From: the human T2T-CHM13v2.0 reference genome, Homo sapiens
Length of the DNA stretch: 64,000 nt
Assembly: GCF_009914755.1 (NCBI RefSeq)
Contig: NC_060925.1
Direction: 5' to 3' (one strand)
Part shown: one piece after another, positions 29,030 through 43,940 of the stretch
Numbering within the stretch: position 1 is the stretch's first letter
How the letters are laid out: each line of letters begins with the position of its first letter
Notes under the pieces: model-generated
The model's database searches: none
Seen by the model: only the letters and a program-made list of their open reading frames with translations
What the model was told of the DNA's origin: nothing
Position numbers and translations under genes: made by a program

Positions 29030-29230
29030 GAACTGCATTGTCAAATGCAAAAATCACTAGCCACATATAGCTGTTGGGCACTTGAAATGTGGCTAGTGCA
29101 ACTGAGAAACTAAATCTTTTATTTTAGCTTAAATGTAAATAGCCACATGTGAGTAATGGCTAAAATACTCAGCAGTGTAGATACAGAACACTTCCATCAT
29201 CACAGAAAGCTCTATTGAATAGTGCTGGAT
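29030..29230. mobile_element. MER3/MER33-like fossil
   Basis: cactagccacatatagctg...cacttgaaatgtggctagtgcaactgag. Confidence 0.65.
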
Positions 29231-30167
29231 TTCCATATCAACATGTCTCAACTCAGCATGTCTAAAACCAAGGGGTAGTTTTTATTCCCAATTCTGGTTC
29301 TCATCTAGTACTTCCTGTCTCAGTGTATGCCACAAGTGTTCTCCCATTTTCTCAAGCCACAGACCTGAGAATCATGTTTGACCTTATTTCTCCCTCATCT
29401 CTAAGATCTATTCAATCATCAAGGTCTATTCATTCCGTCTCCTAAATATCTCATCAAGCTCCCTTTCTTCCGTGACTACAGCCATGCTATTCAAGCTACC
29501 ATCATTTCTCGTAAATCTGATCACAAGATAGCACTGCTTGATGTCCTTCCTTAACTCTGCCTCCAAGCCCTTGAATGCCTGTCTCTGCCCATCCTTCAGT
29601 GGTACTAGGTACCACAGTCCTCTCCTTCTGTGAGACTCAGCCACACCACCTTTTTCAGTTTCCCTTTTGCCCTTCATGCTTCCTCTAGCACATGCTGTAG
29701 CATAGCTCCAAGGACCTCACCTTCACACCATGTGTCACCACTGTATTCACTGTATTCATTACACTGGTTTGTGTTATTCAATTAATGTCAGTCTCTCCCA
29801 CAATACTGTAACCCACAGGTAGGGACTCTACTCATCCTTGTTTAGCATGGATTCTTCAGTACTTAAAACAGTGCTCAGTCCATAATAGTAGAATGAATAA
29901 ATAAATTAATTAAAGAGTGACTAAATCAATGAATTATTCATTTGTCTGTAGCTTACATGATTCAAGTCAGTGTTTCCCAGTTCTATGGCCATAGATTATA
30001 TCTGTCACCCCAAATAGCCATCTCATAAATGCCTACAAAAAGTTCTGATTGAATGAGAGTGAAAGGATCTATGGAATGTAAATCTCTTGCTGAAATACAG
30101 ACCTAAAGTGCTCCCCTTCTGATGATTGGCCAATGGTGGTGTCTTTCATAAACAACTATATTTATGA

Positions 30168-30802
<635 letters not shown>

Positions 30803-31356
30803 TTACCATGAGCATTTGAAAAAAAAAAAAAAGAAAATCTATGTGATGAGACTTTAGAAAGAAAAATTAAGGCTTCTCTATTGACAAGCAAGAGAATTTT
30901 AGCCTGAAATACTGAAAACAGGCTTCCAAGTGCCAAGAACTCACAAAGGCCCATTGGCCACCAACGAAGTATGTCGCAGCTTCCATTCTCCCCCTTGCAA
31001 AGGGGCTTTATTCTACTGTAAGGAATGTACATGTATTTCTTCTTGGTCACCTCTTAAACACACAGTGTTAGATGAGAATGAACTGAATGAACTGCATCCT
31101 AACCATTTTTAAATCATTTTTAAACTTGGGATTTATTCAAGTATTTTTCAAGAATACCTATGAAAAGCACACTGATTTTACAGCTACGTGGCCTAAGTTC
31201 CTTTGAGGAAAGGACCAGTTCTTAAAGTTCTGGGCATTCCCTTTAGCCTAGCACACAATGTTTGACTCTCAATTACTAAATGAATGTAATTGTGTTGCTG
31301 CCACAAAAGTTTTTCTCTGAATAGCTAAAGATAAATAATTAGAAAAGGAAAAACTA

Positions 31357-31661
<305 letters not shown>

Positions 31662-32134
31662 GGAGAGACAAGGAGAAACTAACTCGATGATTTTATATCA
31701 TCATTTAAATCCCACTTATGAGGAATTCATAACTCACTTCTAATAACTGTTATGTATGACATTCAAGTTTCTTATTGACAGTTGAGAATATTTCACCCCA
31801 CCTCTTATTGTCGCCCAATGTACATTAATTGAGACAGAGTAACTTTTTTTGTATTTTGTCAGGCAGCCCCTGAACCCCAGAACAGGTTCAGAGAGACTCC
31901 CAAGAGTAAAATTTGTAAAAGTCTTGGCCAAACTCAATTTTTATTGCTCTAGTTAAGGCCCAGAGGGAGCTTTTAAAAGGTCAGCAGAGAAGGTAAATTT
32001 AGGAGACTACAAAACTGAAAAAGGAGAGTAGTATCTGCTTAGAGAGAATTTTCACTTCGAACTGATGAGTCCTCAAACTGTAACCACTGAAGATTTTTTT
32101 CTCCTAAAGTAATTGTTTTCTGAAATCTATTTTC

Positions 32135-33188
32135 TTTCTTTTTTTATTTTTTGAGATCTGAAGTGGTTTTACCTTTATTTCCTTCACTTTAAGTCAATCA
32201 TGAAATTTCACAGTGATTTCTGGAGTGGGAGCAGAAGGGAGGCGGCGTTAAGAATCACCGGGGCTGTGGCCCGGTCAGCCCGCGGAAGTGGAGGCCGTGT
32301 GGGCCCTCACTGGGGCAGCTGGAGGAGCACGGACTGCCCCGCCAGCAGATAGGTGATGTTCCAAGAGCGTGAGAGCAGGTACGCGATGTCTTCCACAGCT
32401 TCCTGCTCGATTAGACCGTCCCCCGCGGTGACCAGTGAGTTGACAATCAGCTCAGCTGCCTTGGAGTCGCCCTCAGCAGAGATGATGGCCACCTTTTTCT
32501 GCTGCTCAGCCTTTTCCACCACAAATCTCGCCCTCTCTACTTCCTGCTGAGCCACCTGTTTGGCTTCCATCGCTTCTGTGAACTCCTTCCCGAAGGTCAG
32601 ATGTGTCAAGGACACGTCGTCCAGGATGAGCCCAAAGGTGGCTGCTCGCTCCGTAAGGTCATTGCTTACCTACCTGGAGACCAGCTCTCTCTGGGTGATT
32701 AGCTCTCCAGCATCAAAGCGAGTCATCGCTGACTTGAGGATGCCGGTCGTGATGGACAGCAGCACACGCTCATCATAGTCCTCTCCGATGCTGGTGAAGA
32801 TGCGAGAAACTGGCTAGCAACGGCCCAGAAGAGGATGCGCAGTGTGATGTTGACATTCTGTAAGTCTTTGCTGCCGGCGATGACTGGCACTTTACGTGGT
32901 CGAGAACGGCAGTCAAAGATAATTGGTTTCTGTACCCAGGGGATGAGACAGTGAGTCCCTTCCCCTACCACAATGTCCTGTACTCCATGGAATCGGTCAA
33001 AGATGACAGCTCTGTGCCCAGCATCCACATTATATAAAGCAGAGTTCACCACGCCTCCTGCAACAGCTAAGGCCAGGCCAAACTTGCCGATGGACGCAAA
33101 CACTTTGGCAGCCATGTTTTCTTCTGCTTGACCCTCTCACATCTGCTTCTACTCTGACCTCCACATGAATTCCCCAACCACACATACC
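32135..33188 (-). pseudogene. PHB1P11: Processed prohibitin 1 pseudogene (probably PHB1P11)
   Basis: Intronless [30 protein letters not shown]...SVLLQLPQ. Frameshift near 32807, CAG>TAG at 32670-32672, 9-nt deletion near 32405. Has 5' UTR, short 3' UTR with AATAAA, poly(A) remnant, and a 15-bp TSD CTGAAATCTATTTTC (32120-32134 / 33189-33203). The P11 number is from memory of the locus. Confidence 0.93.
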
Positions 33189-33461
33189 CTGAAATCTATT
33201 TTCAAACATACATCACATTTACTACATCTAATAGAATAAATATGAACTTGAAAAAAGTAATCAAAGTATGCTTATACAAAAGAACCGACTATGGCAAATT
33301 CTCCCTGTCCATTTAAATACACATTTAGCCCAGCATGGTAGCATGCGCCTATAGTCCCAGCTACAAAAATAAATAAATAAACATGCTTTTCTTTACCCCT
33401 GAATATCAATTTACATTCAAGTTTTCAATTTAATTCAATAAACACGACTGAATGTCTATTA

Positions 33462-33886
<425 letters not shown>

Positions 33887-34805
33887 TTATGAATGAGGAA
33901 CTTGAGGCACACAGAGAAGTTAAGTAACTTGTCTGAAGCCTCCCAGTTGGTAAGTGGCAGAAGCTAGAAGCTAGGATTTGAACCTAGATGCTTTGAGCCC
34001 AGAGTCTACATTCTTAATCCCTGTACTATTGTCCCTTTACCACTGTTCTATTCTTCAATACTTCTATACTGAGTACGAGAGAAGGCAAGGGGCCAGCCAG
34101 TGGGGATACAAAGGTAAGTAATTCAAAGCACACGCAATCTAGCAGAGGAAAACGTACCTACGAGCACATGAGTGAAATCAAATGCACTGGTGCTCTGGCT
34201 GAAGTTCACACAAGGGATAGTCACCTTATCCCCTGACCCTCCCAGGATGAGACAGTCATGAAAGCCCTCACTGGGAGGAGGGCTGATTAACTGAGTCCAA
34301 AAGATGAGCTCACCATCTTTGGTTGGTTCGGTTAGTGTATTTTCTATTTCACTTATTCGAAGCCTTGATTTACTAGGAAAAATTTTTATTTCATTGAAAC
34401 TAAGTTTTATTGTCTACTATATCCATAGCAATATGAAATATATGAATAAGGCATTGTCGATGCTCTAGAGGAGCTTATATACTCAGGAGAGGGGAAATGG
34501 AGGCAGAAAGAATAATAACTATGTCTACCATTTATAGCACAATTACTATATGTCAGGCATCATGCTCAGCCCTTTACGAATATTTCCTCATATTATCTTC
34601 ATTAACCCTATAGGAAAGTACTATTATCTCTATTTTACAGATAAACTAAAGCTTAGAGATGTTAACTTACTGACTGATTGAATAGATAACTTTCTAAAAA
34701 CCTGCTATGTATGTGCTGGGTACAATTCTAAACTTTAGGGATACTGTGGTGAAAAAGACAGATAAGTTCCTCCTGCCCTGCCCTGCTCTCTAGATGTTTT
34801 TATTC

Positions 34806-35128
<323 letters not shown>

Positions 35129-37215
35129 TTAGAAGTTTTTATTCTAATTGGGGAAGAGAGATGATAAACAAGTAAATAAGATAAATGCTATGAAGACACT
35201 AAAATAAGATGGTGCAATAGTGACCGAGGTGGGGCATTTTAGAAATAATGGTGAGGAAAGTTCTATCCAAAGAGATGACATTTGAACAGAGATCCGAGAG
35301 ACAAGAAGAAACTATCCTCAGAAGTCCTGGATGAAAAGGGTCTCAGGCAGAGAGACGAGCAAATGCAAAAACCTTGGAAGAGTGAGGTTGGCATGCTGGA
35401 GAGGCAGAAGAAAGGCCAGAATGGCTAGAGCAGAGGGCCTCACCCCAAATCACACAACTCATAAATAGCAGAGATGATTCAAATCTATGCCTGCCTAAGG
35501 TGAAAACCACTATGTAATATTGCCTAAAAAAACAAATAGAATGTTCTACACATTGTCATCACTGGGTGTGTTTTTAGGTTAACCTGAGCAATATCCAAAG
35601 GCAAGGGAACATATGGAACGAAAAGTCGAAAGAGAGGAAACTCTTGCAAACAGAAAGGCTTCCTCTAAAACAGGAGATACAAAGACAAATAAGGCATTGT
35701 ATGCACCAGCTGTATCAAACCCCGCTTCATTAAACTCTGGTATTAATCTCCACCCATTATGCATCCTCAGTTCTTATCTTAGACTGAAATCCCTTGCAGG
35801 GGTGATGGAATGCAGCTTTGATACTTCAGATTAGAAATTCAGATAAGTGTAATCTAAAAATTTCTTCCTGCTTCTCCCAGGTGCCAGCCGAGAGCTATTC
35901 AGTCTGAAGGGTTCACTCTTCTGGTGGCTCCAAGAGAAGAGCCATCTGGGCAAGAAGGCAGCAGCCATCTGGGCAAGAAGTTCTGCAGGAGGTGGTGCAG
36001 AGCTGGCTAGTCAGGCTGTGATTAAACTGGTGTGTGAGTGGTAAGTTCAGACAGGAGCTGTTACTGAGATACTAATCATAAGGTAAGTGGCAGAGAACCA
36101 AACTGTGGGCAGAGCAGGTTCAAGTTGCTAAGCAAGCTGTCATAGACAAGGAGGGCAGAAAACCTTAGCGAAACATAACACCACAGATGAATCTAAGATA
36201 GACCCATTGTTCTGACACCGAGCTGGGTCAGATGAGCCCATTTTTACTCGAGTCAGCCTGGAGTAGCTCCAGGCTAACTGGGTAGCTCTGCTCCAAAGAA
36301 ATCTCAATTCGTAATAAAAGATTGGGCCCCTCCCTGTATCCAGGCACACAGATTGTCATACTCTAGCTCAGCTGGGAGAGGAAGTTTAGCCCAATTTCCC
36401 TGCTGATAGTTGGCATTAAAGAAGGTGCTTTTCCAGAGTATGGTCTGTATTTTCTGCCTGCCTGATCTGTGGGTGGTAGGCAAAGGTGCACATCTACTCT
36501 GAGATCTATAAAGGCAGCTCTTCTGAAAAATGGGCTGAATTATCAACTGCATTCTTTCATGATGTGATTAGAAAAAAACCATGTGTAGTAGTAATAGGAA
36601 CTACCTTTGATTTTTAAGTTCCATGACAGATCTTGGAAGTATACAACATATAATATCTTATTAAATCTCATAACAACCCTATGAAATTGATACTATTAAT
36701 ATTCCCAGTTTACAGATAAAGAAATTCGAACTTAGATAAGTAACTTTTACAAGGGGTACAAGTGAGAAATAGTAACAGGTCACTGTAATGCAAAAGCCTG
36801 TGTTCTTCATTTTTTAAGTCAACTTTATTGAGGTATAATTTACATACAAAGTAATGCACGTATCTTAAATGTATAGTTATTTGAGTTTTGCCAATGTATA
36901 CACCCTTGCAAATACAAACAGATCAAGCTATATAACATTTCCTTCATCCTCATACCCCTTTGTATTAGTCTTCTCTACACTGGCAACCACAGATCTGCTT
37001 TCTGATGCCAGAGAGTAGTTTTCCATGTTCCAGAATGTCATATGAATAAAATAAAATAGTATGTACTCTTTCGTGTTGCTCTTCTTTTGTTCACCATAAC
37101 GTTTTTGTTGTTGTTGTTGTATTTTGGGGGGAATTATAATTTGAAATTCCTGTACCCTACACAGATAAGTATCTGTTTCTCAAAGAGAGATTTCAATTTT
37201 CAGTCTCTCTCCCCA

Positions 37216-37512
<297 letters not shown>

Positions 37513-38012
37513 CTTCAGTCTCATTTTTATATACATTTAAAAAGTCATATGAATAAGATCAAACCTTGCTTGTATTGTACAAAGCAGAATTGCCATCTGT
37601 TTACCTCTTACGGTGTTATATTTTTTAAGTGTGTAAGGGTTTTCCCAAGCTTTATTGAGGAATAGCTGACAAATACAATTATATATATTTTAGGTATACA
37701 ACATGATGCTTTGATATACATATAAATGGTGAACTGATTACCATGATCAAGTTAGTTAACACACCCATTACCTCACATAATTACCATTTGTGTATGTGTG
37801 GTGAGAACATTTAAGACTTACTCTCTTAGCAAATTTCACTAGTCAGCATAACCTTTTGAGATTCATTCATGTTATTGCATATATCAGTAATTCATTTCTA
37901 TTATTGCTAAATAACTTTCCACTATTTATATGTACCACGATTTTTGTACCCATTCACCTACAGAGAGATATTTGGGTTATTTCCTATTTCTCTGGCTATT
38001 GTGAATAAATAA

Positions 38013-38417
<405 letters not shown>

Positions 38418-38870
38418 TAAAAATTGGCAGACTTTTCCAAGACGGTTGTACTGTTTCACATTCCCACCAGCAATGTACAAAAGAGTTCCGGTGCTCCACA
38501 TATTTGAGAATACTTGATATTGTCTGATAACTTGTGATAAGCATCTTTTCATATGTTTATTGGCCATCTGTATTTTTTTGTGAAGTATCTGTTCAAGTGT
38601 AAGCCCATCTTTAATTGAATTATTTATTATTGAGTTGTAAGAATTTTTTTATAGATTCTGGGAAAATGTCCTTTAACAGACATGTGTATTGAGAACATTT
38701 TCTCCCAAAGGTGCATTGCTTTCATTTTCTTTTTTTTAATTATTTATTTTTCAATTTTTTAAATTTTACTCTAAGTTTTTGGATACATGTGCAGAACATG
38801 CAGGTTTGTTACATAGGTATACATTTGCCATGGTGGTTTCCTGCACCAATCAACCCGTCATCTAGGTTTT

Positions 38871-40663
38871 TTTTTTTAAGGTGCGCACTTTTATTCAACT
38901 GGTCTCAAGTCAGTGTACAGGTAAGCCCTGGCTGCCTCCACCCACTCCCAGGGAGACCGAAAGCCTTCATACATCTCAAGTTGAGGGACAAAAAAGGGGG
39001 CCACAAAGTCTGATCATTCAAAATAAAACAAAATAAAAAAGTGTTAAGGTGAAGATTTTTAAAAATTGGCATTACATAATTTACATGAGAGCAATGCTAT
39101 CACCTCCTCTGTGTGGATGTGGGAGAGGACTGGGCCATTCTCCTTAGAGAGAAGTGGGGCGGCTTTTAGGAGGGCAAGGAACTTCCTGTAACAATGCATC
39201 TCATGATATTTGGAATGACTATTTTTTAAAAAAAGAACAACGTACAATCAATGTCCTCGGCCACATTGTAGAACTCTGGGGGATGCTCGCTCCAACAGAC
39301 TGCTGTCACCTTCACCATTCCAGTTTTTAAATCCTGAGTCAAGCCAAAAAAAAAAAAAACAAAAACAAATAAAGCCATGCGAATCTCATATTGTTTTCTG
39401 CTCAAGTTAGGTTTTGACAAGAAAGGGTGTAATGTAACTAAGTCACAGTCCGCCTAGAAGCATTCGCAGTGGACAGTGGAGGGGCCAGACTTGTCATACT
39501 CCTCCTGCTTGCTGATCCATATCTGCTGGAAGGTGGACAGAGAGGCCAGGATAGAGGTGCCGATCCACACGGAGTACTTGCGCTCGGGAGGAGCAATGAT
39601 CTTGATCTTCATCGTGCTGGGGGCCAGGGCGGTGATCTCCTTCTGCATCCTGTCCGCTATGCAGGCCAGAGTACACGGTGGTGCTGCCAGACAGCACTGT
39701 GTTGGAGTACAGGTCTTTGCAGATGTCCACGTCACACTTCGTGATGGAGTTGAAGGTAGTTTCATGGATGCCACATGATTACATGCCCAGGAAGGAAGGC
39801 TGGAAGAGTGCCTCAGAGCAGCAGAACTGCTTTGATGATGACCTGGCTATCAGGCAGCTTGTAGCTCTTCTCCAGGGAGGAGCTGGAGGCCCCCGTGGCC
39901 ATCTCCTGCTCGAAGTCCAGGGCGATGTAACACGGCTTCTCCTTGATGTCATGCACGATTTCCTGCTCAGCCGTAGTGGTGAAGCTGTAGCCGCGCTCCG
40001 TGAGGATCTTCATGAGGTAGTCAGTTAGGTCCCGGCCAGCCAGGTCCAGACACAGGATGGCGTGGGGGAGGGCATACCCCCCGTAGAAGGGCACAGTGTG
40101 GGTGACCTCGTCACCAGAGTCCATCATGATGCCAGTGGTACGGCCAGAGGCGTACAGGGACAGCAGAGCCTGGATGGCCACGTACATGGCTGCCGTGTTA
40201 AAGGTCTCAAACATGATGTGGGTCATCTTCTCACGGTTGGCCTTGGGGTTCAGGGGGCCTTGGTCAGCAGCACGGGGTGCTGCTTGGGAGCCACACGCAG
40301 CTCATTGTGGAAGATGTGGTGCCAGATCTTCTCCATGTCGTCCCAGTTGGTGACGATGCCGTGCTCGATGGGGTACTTCAGGGTCAGGATGCCTCTCTTG
40401 CTCTGGGCCTCGTCACCCACATAGGAATCCTTCTGACCCATGCTCACCATCACGCCCTGGTGCCTGGGGCGCCCCACCATGGAAGGGAAGATGGCCCAGG
40501 GGTCATCATCCCCTGTGAAGCCAGCCTTGCACATGCCGGAGCTGTTGTCAATGACGAGCGCCGCGATATCATCATCCATGGTGAGCTGGCGGCGGGTGTG
40601 GACAGGCTGCAGAGCAGCGAGGGCAAGGCTCTGTGCTCACCTGGCAGACATGGTCTTGGCAGT
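38871..40663 (-). pseudogene. ACTBP11: Full-length processed beta-actin pseudogene (probably ACTBP11)
   Basis: [12 protein letters not shown]... start at 40579, stop at 39454. ACTB-type 5' and 3' UTRs and poly(A). Frameshifts near 40253, 39830 and 39662, and a stop near 39780. 16-bp TSD CCRTCATCTAGGTTTT (38855-38870 / 40664-40679). The P11 number is from memory of the locus. Confidence 0.95.
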
Positions 40664-43556
40664 CCATCATCTAGGTTTTAAGCCCCGCATGCATTAGGTA
40701 TTTGTCCTAATGCTCTCCCTCTCCTTCACCCCCACCCTGGAAAGGCCTCAGTGTGTGATGTTCCCCTCTCTGTGTCCGTGTGTTCTCATTATTCAACTCC
40801 CACTTATGAGTGAGAACACACAGTGTTTAGTTTTCTGTTCCTGTGTTAGTTTGCTGAGAATGATGGTTTCCAGCTTCATCCATGTCCCTGCAAAGGACAT
40901 GAACTCATTCTTTTTTAAGGCTGCATAGTATTCCATGGTGTATATGTGCCACATTTTCTTTCTCCAGTCTGTCATTGCTGGGCATTTGGGTTGGTTCCAA
41001 GTCTTTGCTTTAGTAAATAGTGCTGCAATAAACATACGTGTGCATGTGACTTTACAGTAGAATGTTATAACGCTTTGGGTACATACCCAGTAATGGGATT
41101 GCTGGGTCAAATGGTATTTCTGGTTCTAGATCCTTGAGGAATTGCCACACTGTCTTCCACAATGGTTGAACTAATTTACACTCCCACCAACAGTGTAAAA
41201 GCGTTCCTATTTCTCCACAGCCTTGCCAACATCTGTTGTTTCCTGACGTAGAATCGCCATTCTAACTGGCATGAGATGGTATCTCATTGTGGTTTTGACT
41301 GGCATTTCTCTAATGATCAGTGATGATGAGCTTTTTTTCATATGTTTGTTGGCTGCATAAATGTCTTCTTTTGAGAAGTGTCTGTTCATATTCTTCACCC
41401 ACTTTTCAATGCAGTTTTTGTTTTTTTCTTGTAAATTTGTTTAAGTTCCTTGTAGATTCTGGATATTAGACCTTTGTCAGATGGGTAGATTGCAAAAATT
41501 TTCTCCCATTCTGTAGGTTGCCTGTTCACTCTGATGATAGTTTCTTTTGCTGTCCAGAGGCTCTTTAGTTCAATTAGATCCCATTTGTCAATTTTGGCTT
41601 TTGTTGCGATTGCTTTTGGTGTTTTAGTCATGAAGTCTTTGCCCGTGCCTATGTCCTGAATGGTATTGCCTAGGTTTTCTTCTAGAGTTTTTTATGGTTT
41701 CAGGTTTTACATTTAAGTCTTTAATCCATCTTGAGTTAATTTTTGTATAAGGTGTAAGGAAGGGGTCCAGTTTCTGTTTTCTGCATATGGCTAGCCAGTT
41801 TTCCCAGCACCATTTATGAAATAGCGAATCTTTTCCCCATTGCTTGTTTTTGTTAGGTTTATCAAACAGCAGATGGTTATAGATGTGTGGTGTTATTTCT
41901 GGGGTCTTGGTTCTGTTCCGTTAGTCCATATATCTGTTTTGGTACTAGTACCGTACTGTTTTGGTTACTGTAGCCTTGTAGTATAGTTTGAAGTCAGGTA
42001 GCATGATGCCTCCAGCTTTGTTCTTTTTGCTTAGGATTGTCTTGGCTATACGGGCTCTTTTTTTGTTCCATATGAAATTTAAAGTAGTTTCTTTTCTAAT
42101 TCTGTGAAGAAAGTCAATGGTGGCTTGATGGGAACAGCATTGAATCTATAAATTACTTTGGGTAGTATGGCCATTTTCACAATATTGATTCTTCCTATCC
42201 ATGAGCATGGAATTTTTTTTCCATTTGTTTTTGTCATCTCTTATTTCCTTGAGCAGTGGTTTGTAGTTCTCCTTGAAGAGGTCCTTCACATCCCTTGTAA
42301 GTTGTATTCCTAGGTATTTTATTCCTTTGTAGCAATTGTGAATGGGAATTCACTCATGATTTGGCTCTCTGCTTGTCTATTATTAGTGTATAGGAATGCT
42401 TGTGATTTTTGCACATTCATTTTGTATCCTAAGACTTTGCAGAAGTTGCTTATCAGCTTAAGTTTTTGGGCTCAGACAATGGGATTTCTAAATATACAAT
42501 TATGCCATCTGCAAACAGAGACTATTTGACTTCCTTTCTTCCTATTTGAATACCCCTTATTTATTTATCTTGCCTGATGGCCCTGGCCAGAACTTCTAAT
42601 ACTATGCTGAATAGGTGTGGTGAGAGAGGGCATCCTTGTCTTGTGCCGGTTTTCAAAGGGAAAGCTTCCAGCTTTTGCCCACTCAGTATGATATTGGCTA
42701 TGGGTTTGTTATAAATAGCTCTTATTATTTTGAGATATGTTCCATCGATACCTAGTTTATTGAGAGTTTTTTGCATGAAGGCATGTTGAATTTTATTGAA
42801 GGCCTTTTCTGCATCTATTGAGATAATCATGTGGTTTTTGTCATTGGTTCTGTTTAAGTGATGGATTACATTCATTGATTTGCATATGTTGAACCAGCCT
42901 TGCATCCCAGGGATGAAGCCGACTTGATCATGGTGGATAAGCTTTGGATGTGCTGCTGGATTTGGTTTGCCAGTATTTTATTGAGGATTTTTGCATTGAT
43001 GTTCATCAGGGATATTGGCCTGAAATTTTGTGGAGTTTTTTTGGTGTGTCTGTGCCAGGTTTTGGTATCAGGATGATGCTGGCCTCATAAAGTGAATTAG
43101 GGAGGAGTCTTTCTTTTTCTATTGTTGGGAATAGTTTCAGAAGGAATGGTACCAGCTCCTCTTTGTACCTCTGGTAGAATTCGGCTATGAATCCTTCTGG
43201 TCCTGGGCTTTTTTTGGTTGGTAGGCTATTAATTTCTTTCTCAATTTCAGAACTTGTTATTGGTCTATTCAGGGATTCAACTTCTTCCTGGTTTAGTCTT
43301 GGGAGGGTGTATGTGTTCAGCAATTTATCTATTTCTTCTAGATTTTCTAGTTTATTTGCATAGAGGTGTTTATAGTATTCTCTGACGGTGGTTTGTATTT
43401 CTGTGGGATCAGTGGTGATATGCCCTTTATCATTTTTTATTGTGTCTATTTGATTCTTCTCTCTTTTCTTCTTTATTAGTGTAGCTAGCGGTCTATTTTG
43501 TTAATTTTTTCAAAAAACCAGCTCCTGGATTCATTGATTTTTTGAAGGGTTTTTCA

Positions 43557-43940
<384 letters not shown>

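Noticed and set aside
32664-32676. Donor-like AG|GTAAGC in the PHB pseudogene as a new splice site
   Set aside because: The parental cDNA already has a donor-like CAGGTGAGC at this position, and nothing indicates use.
35940-35980. Duplicated AGCCATCTGGGCAAGAAG
   Set aside because: Ordinary short tandem duplication with no further structure.
39454-40579. Functional actin retrogene
   Set aside because: At least three frameshifts and an internal stop.
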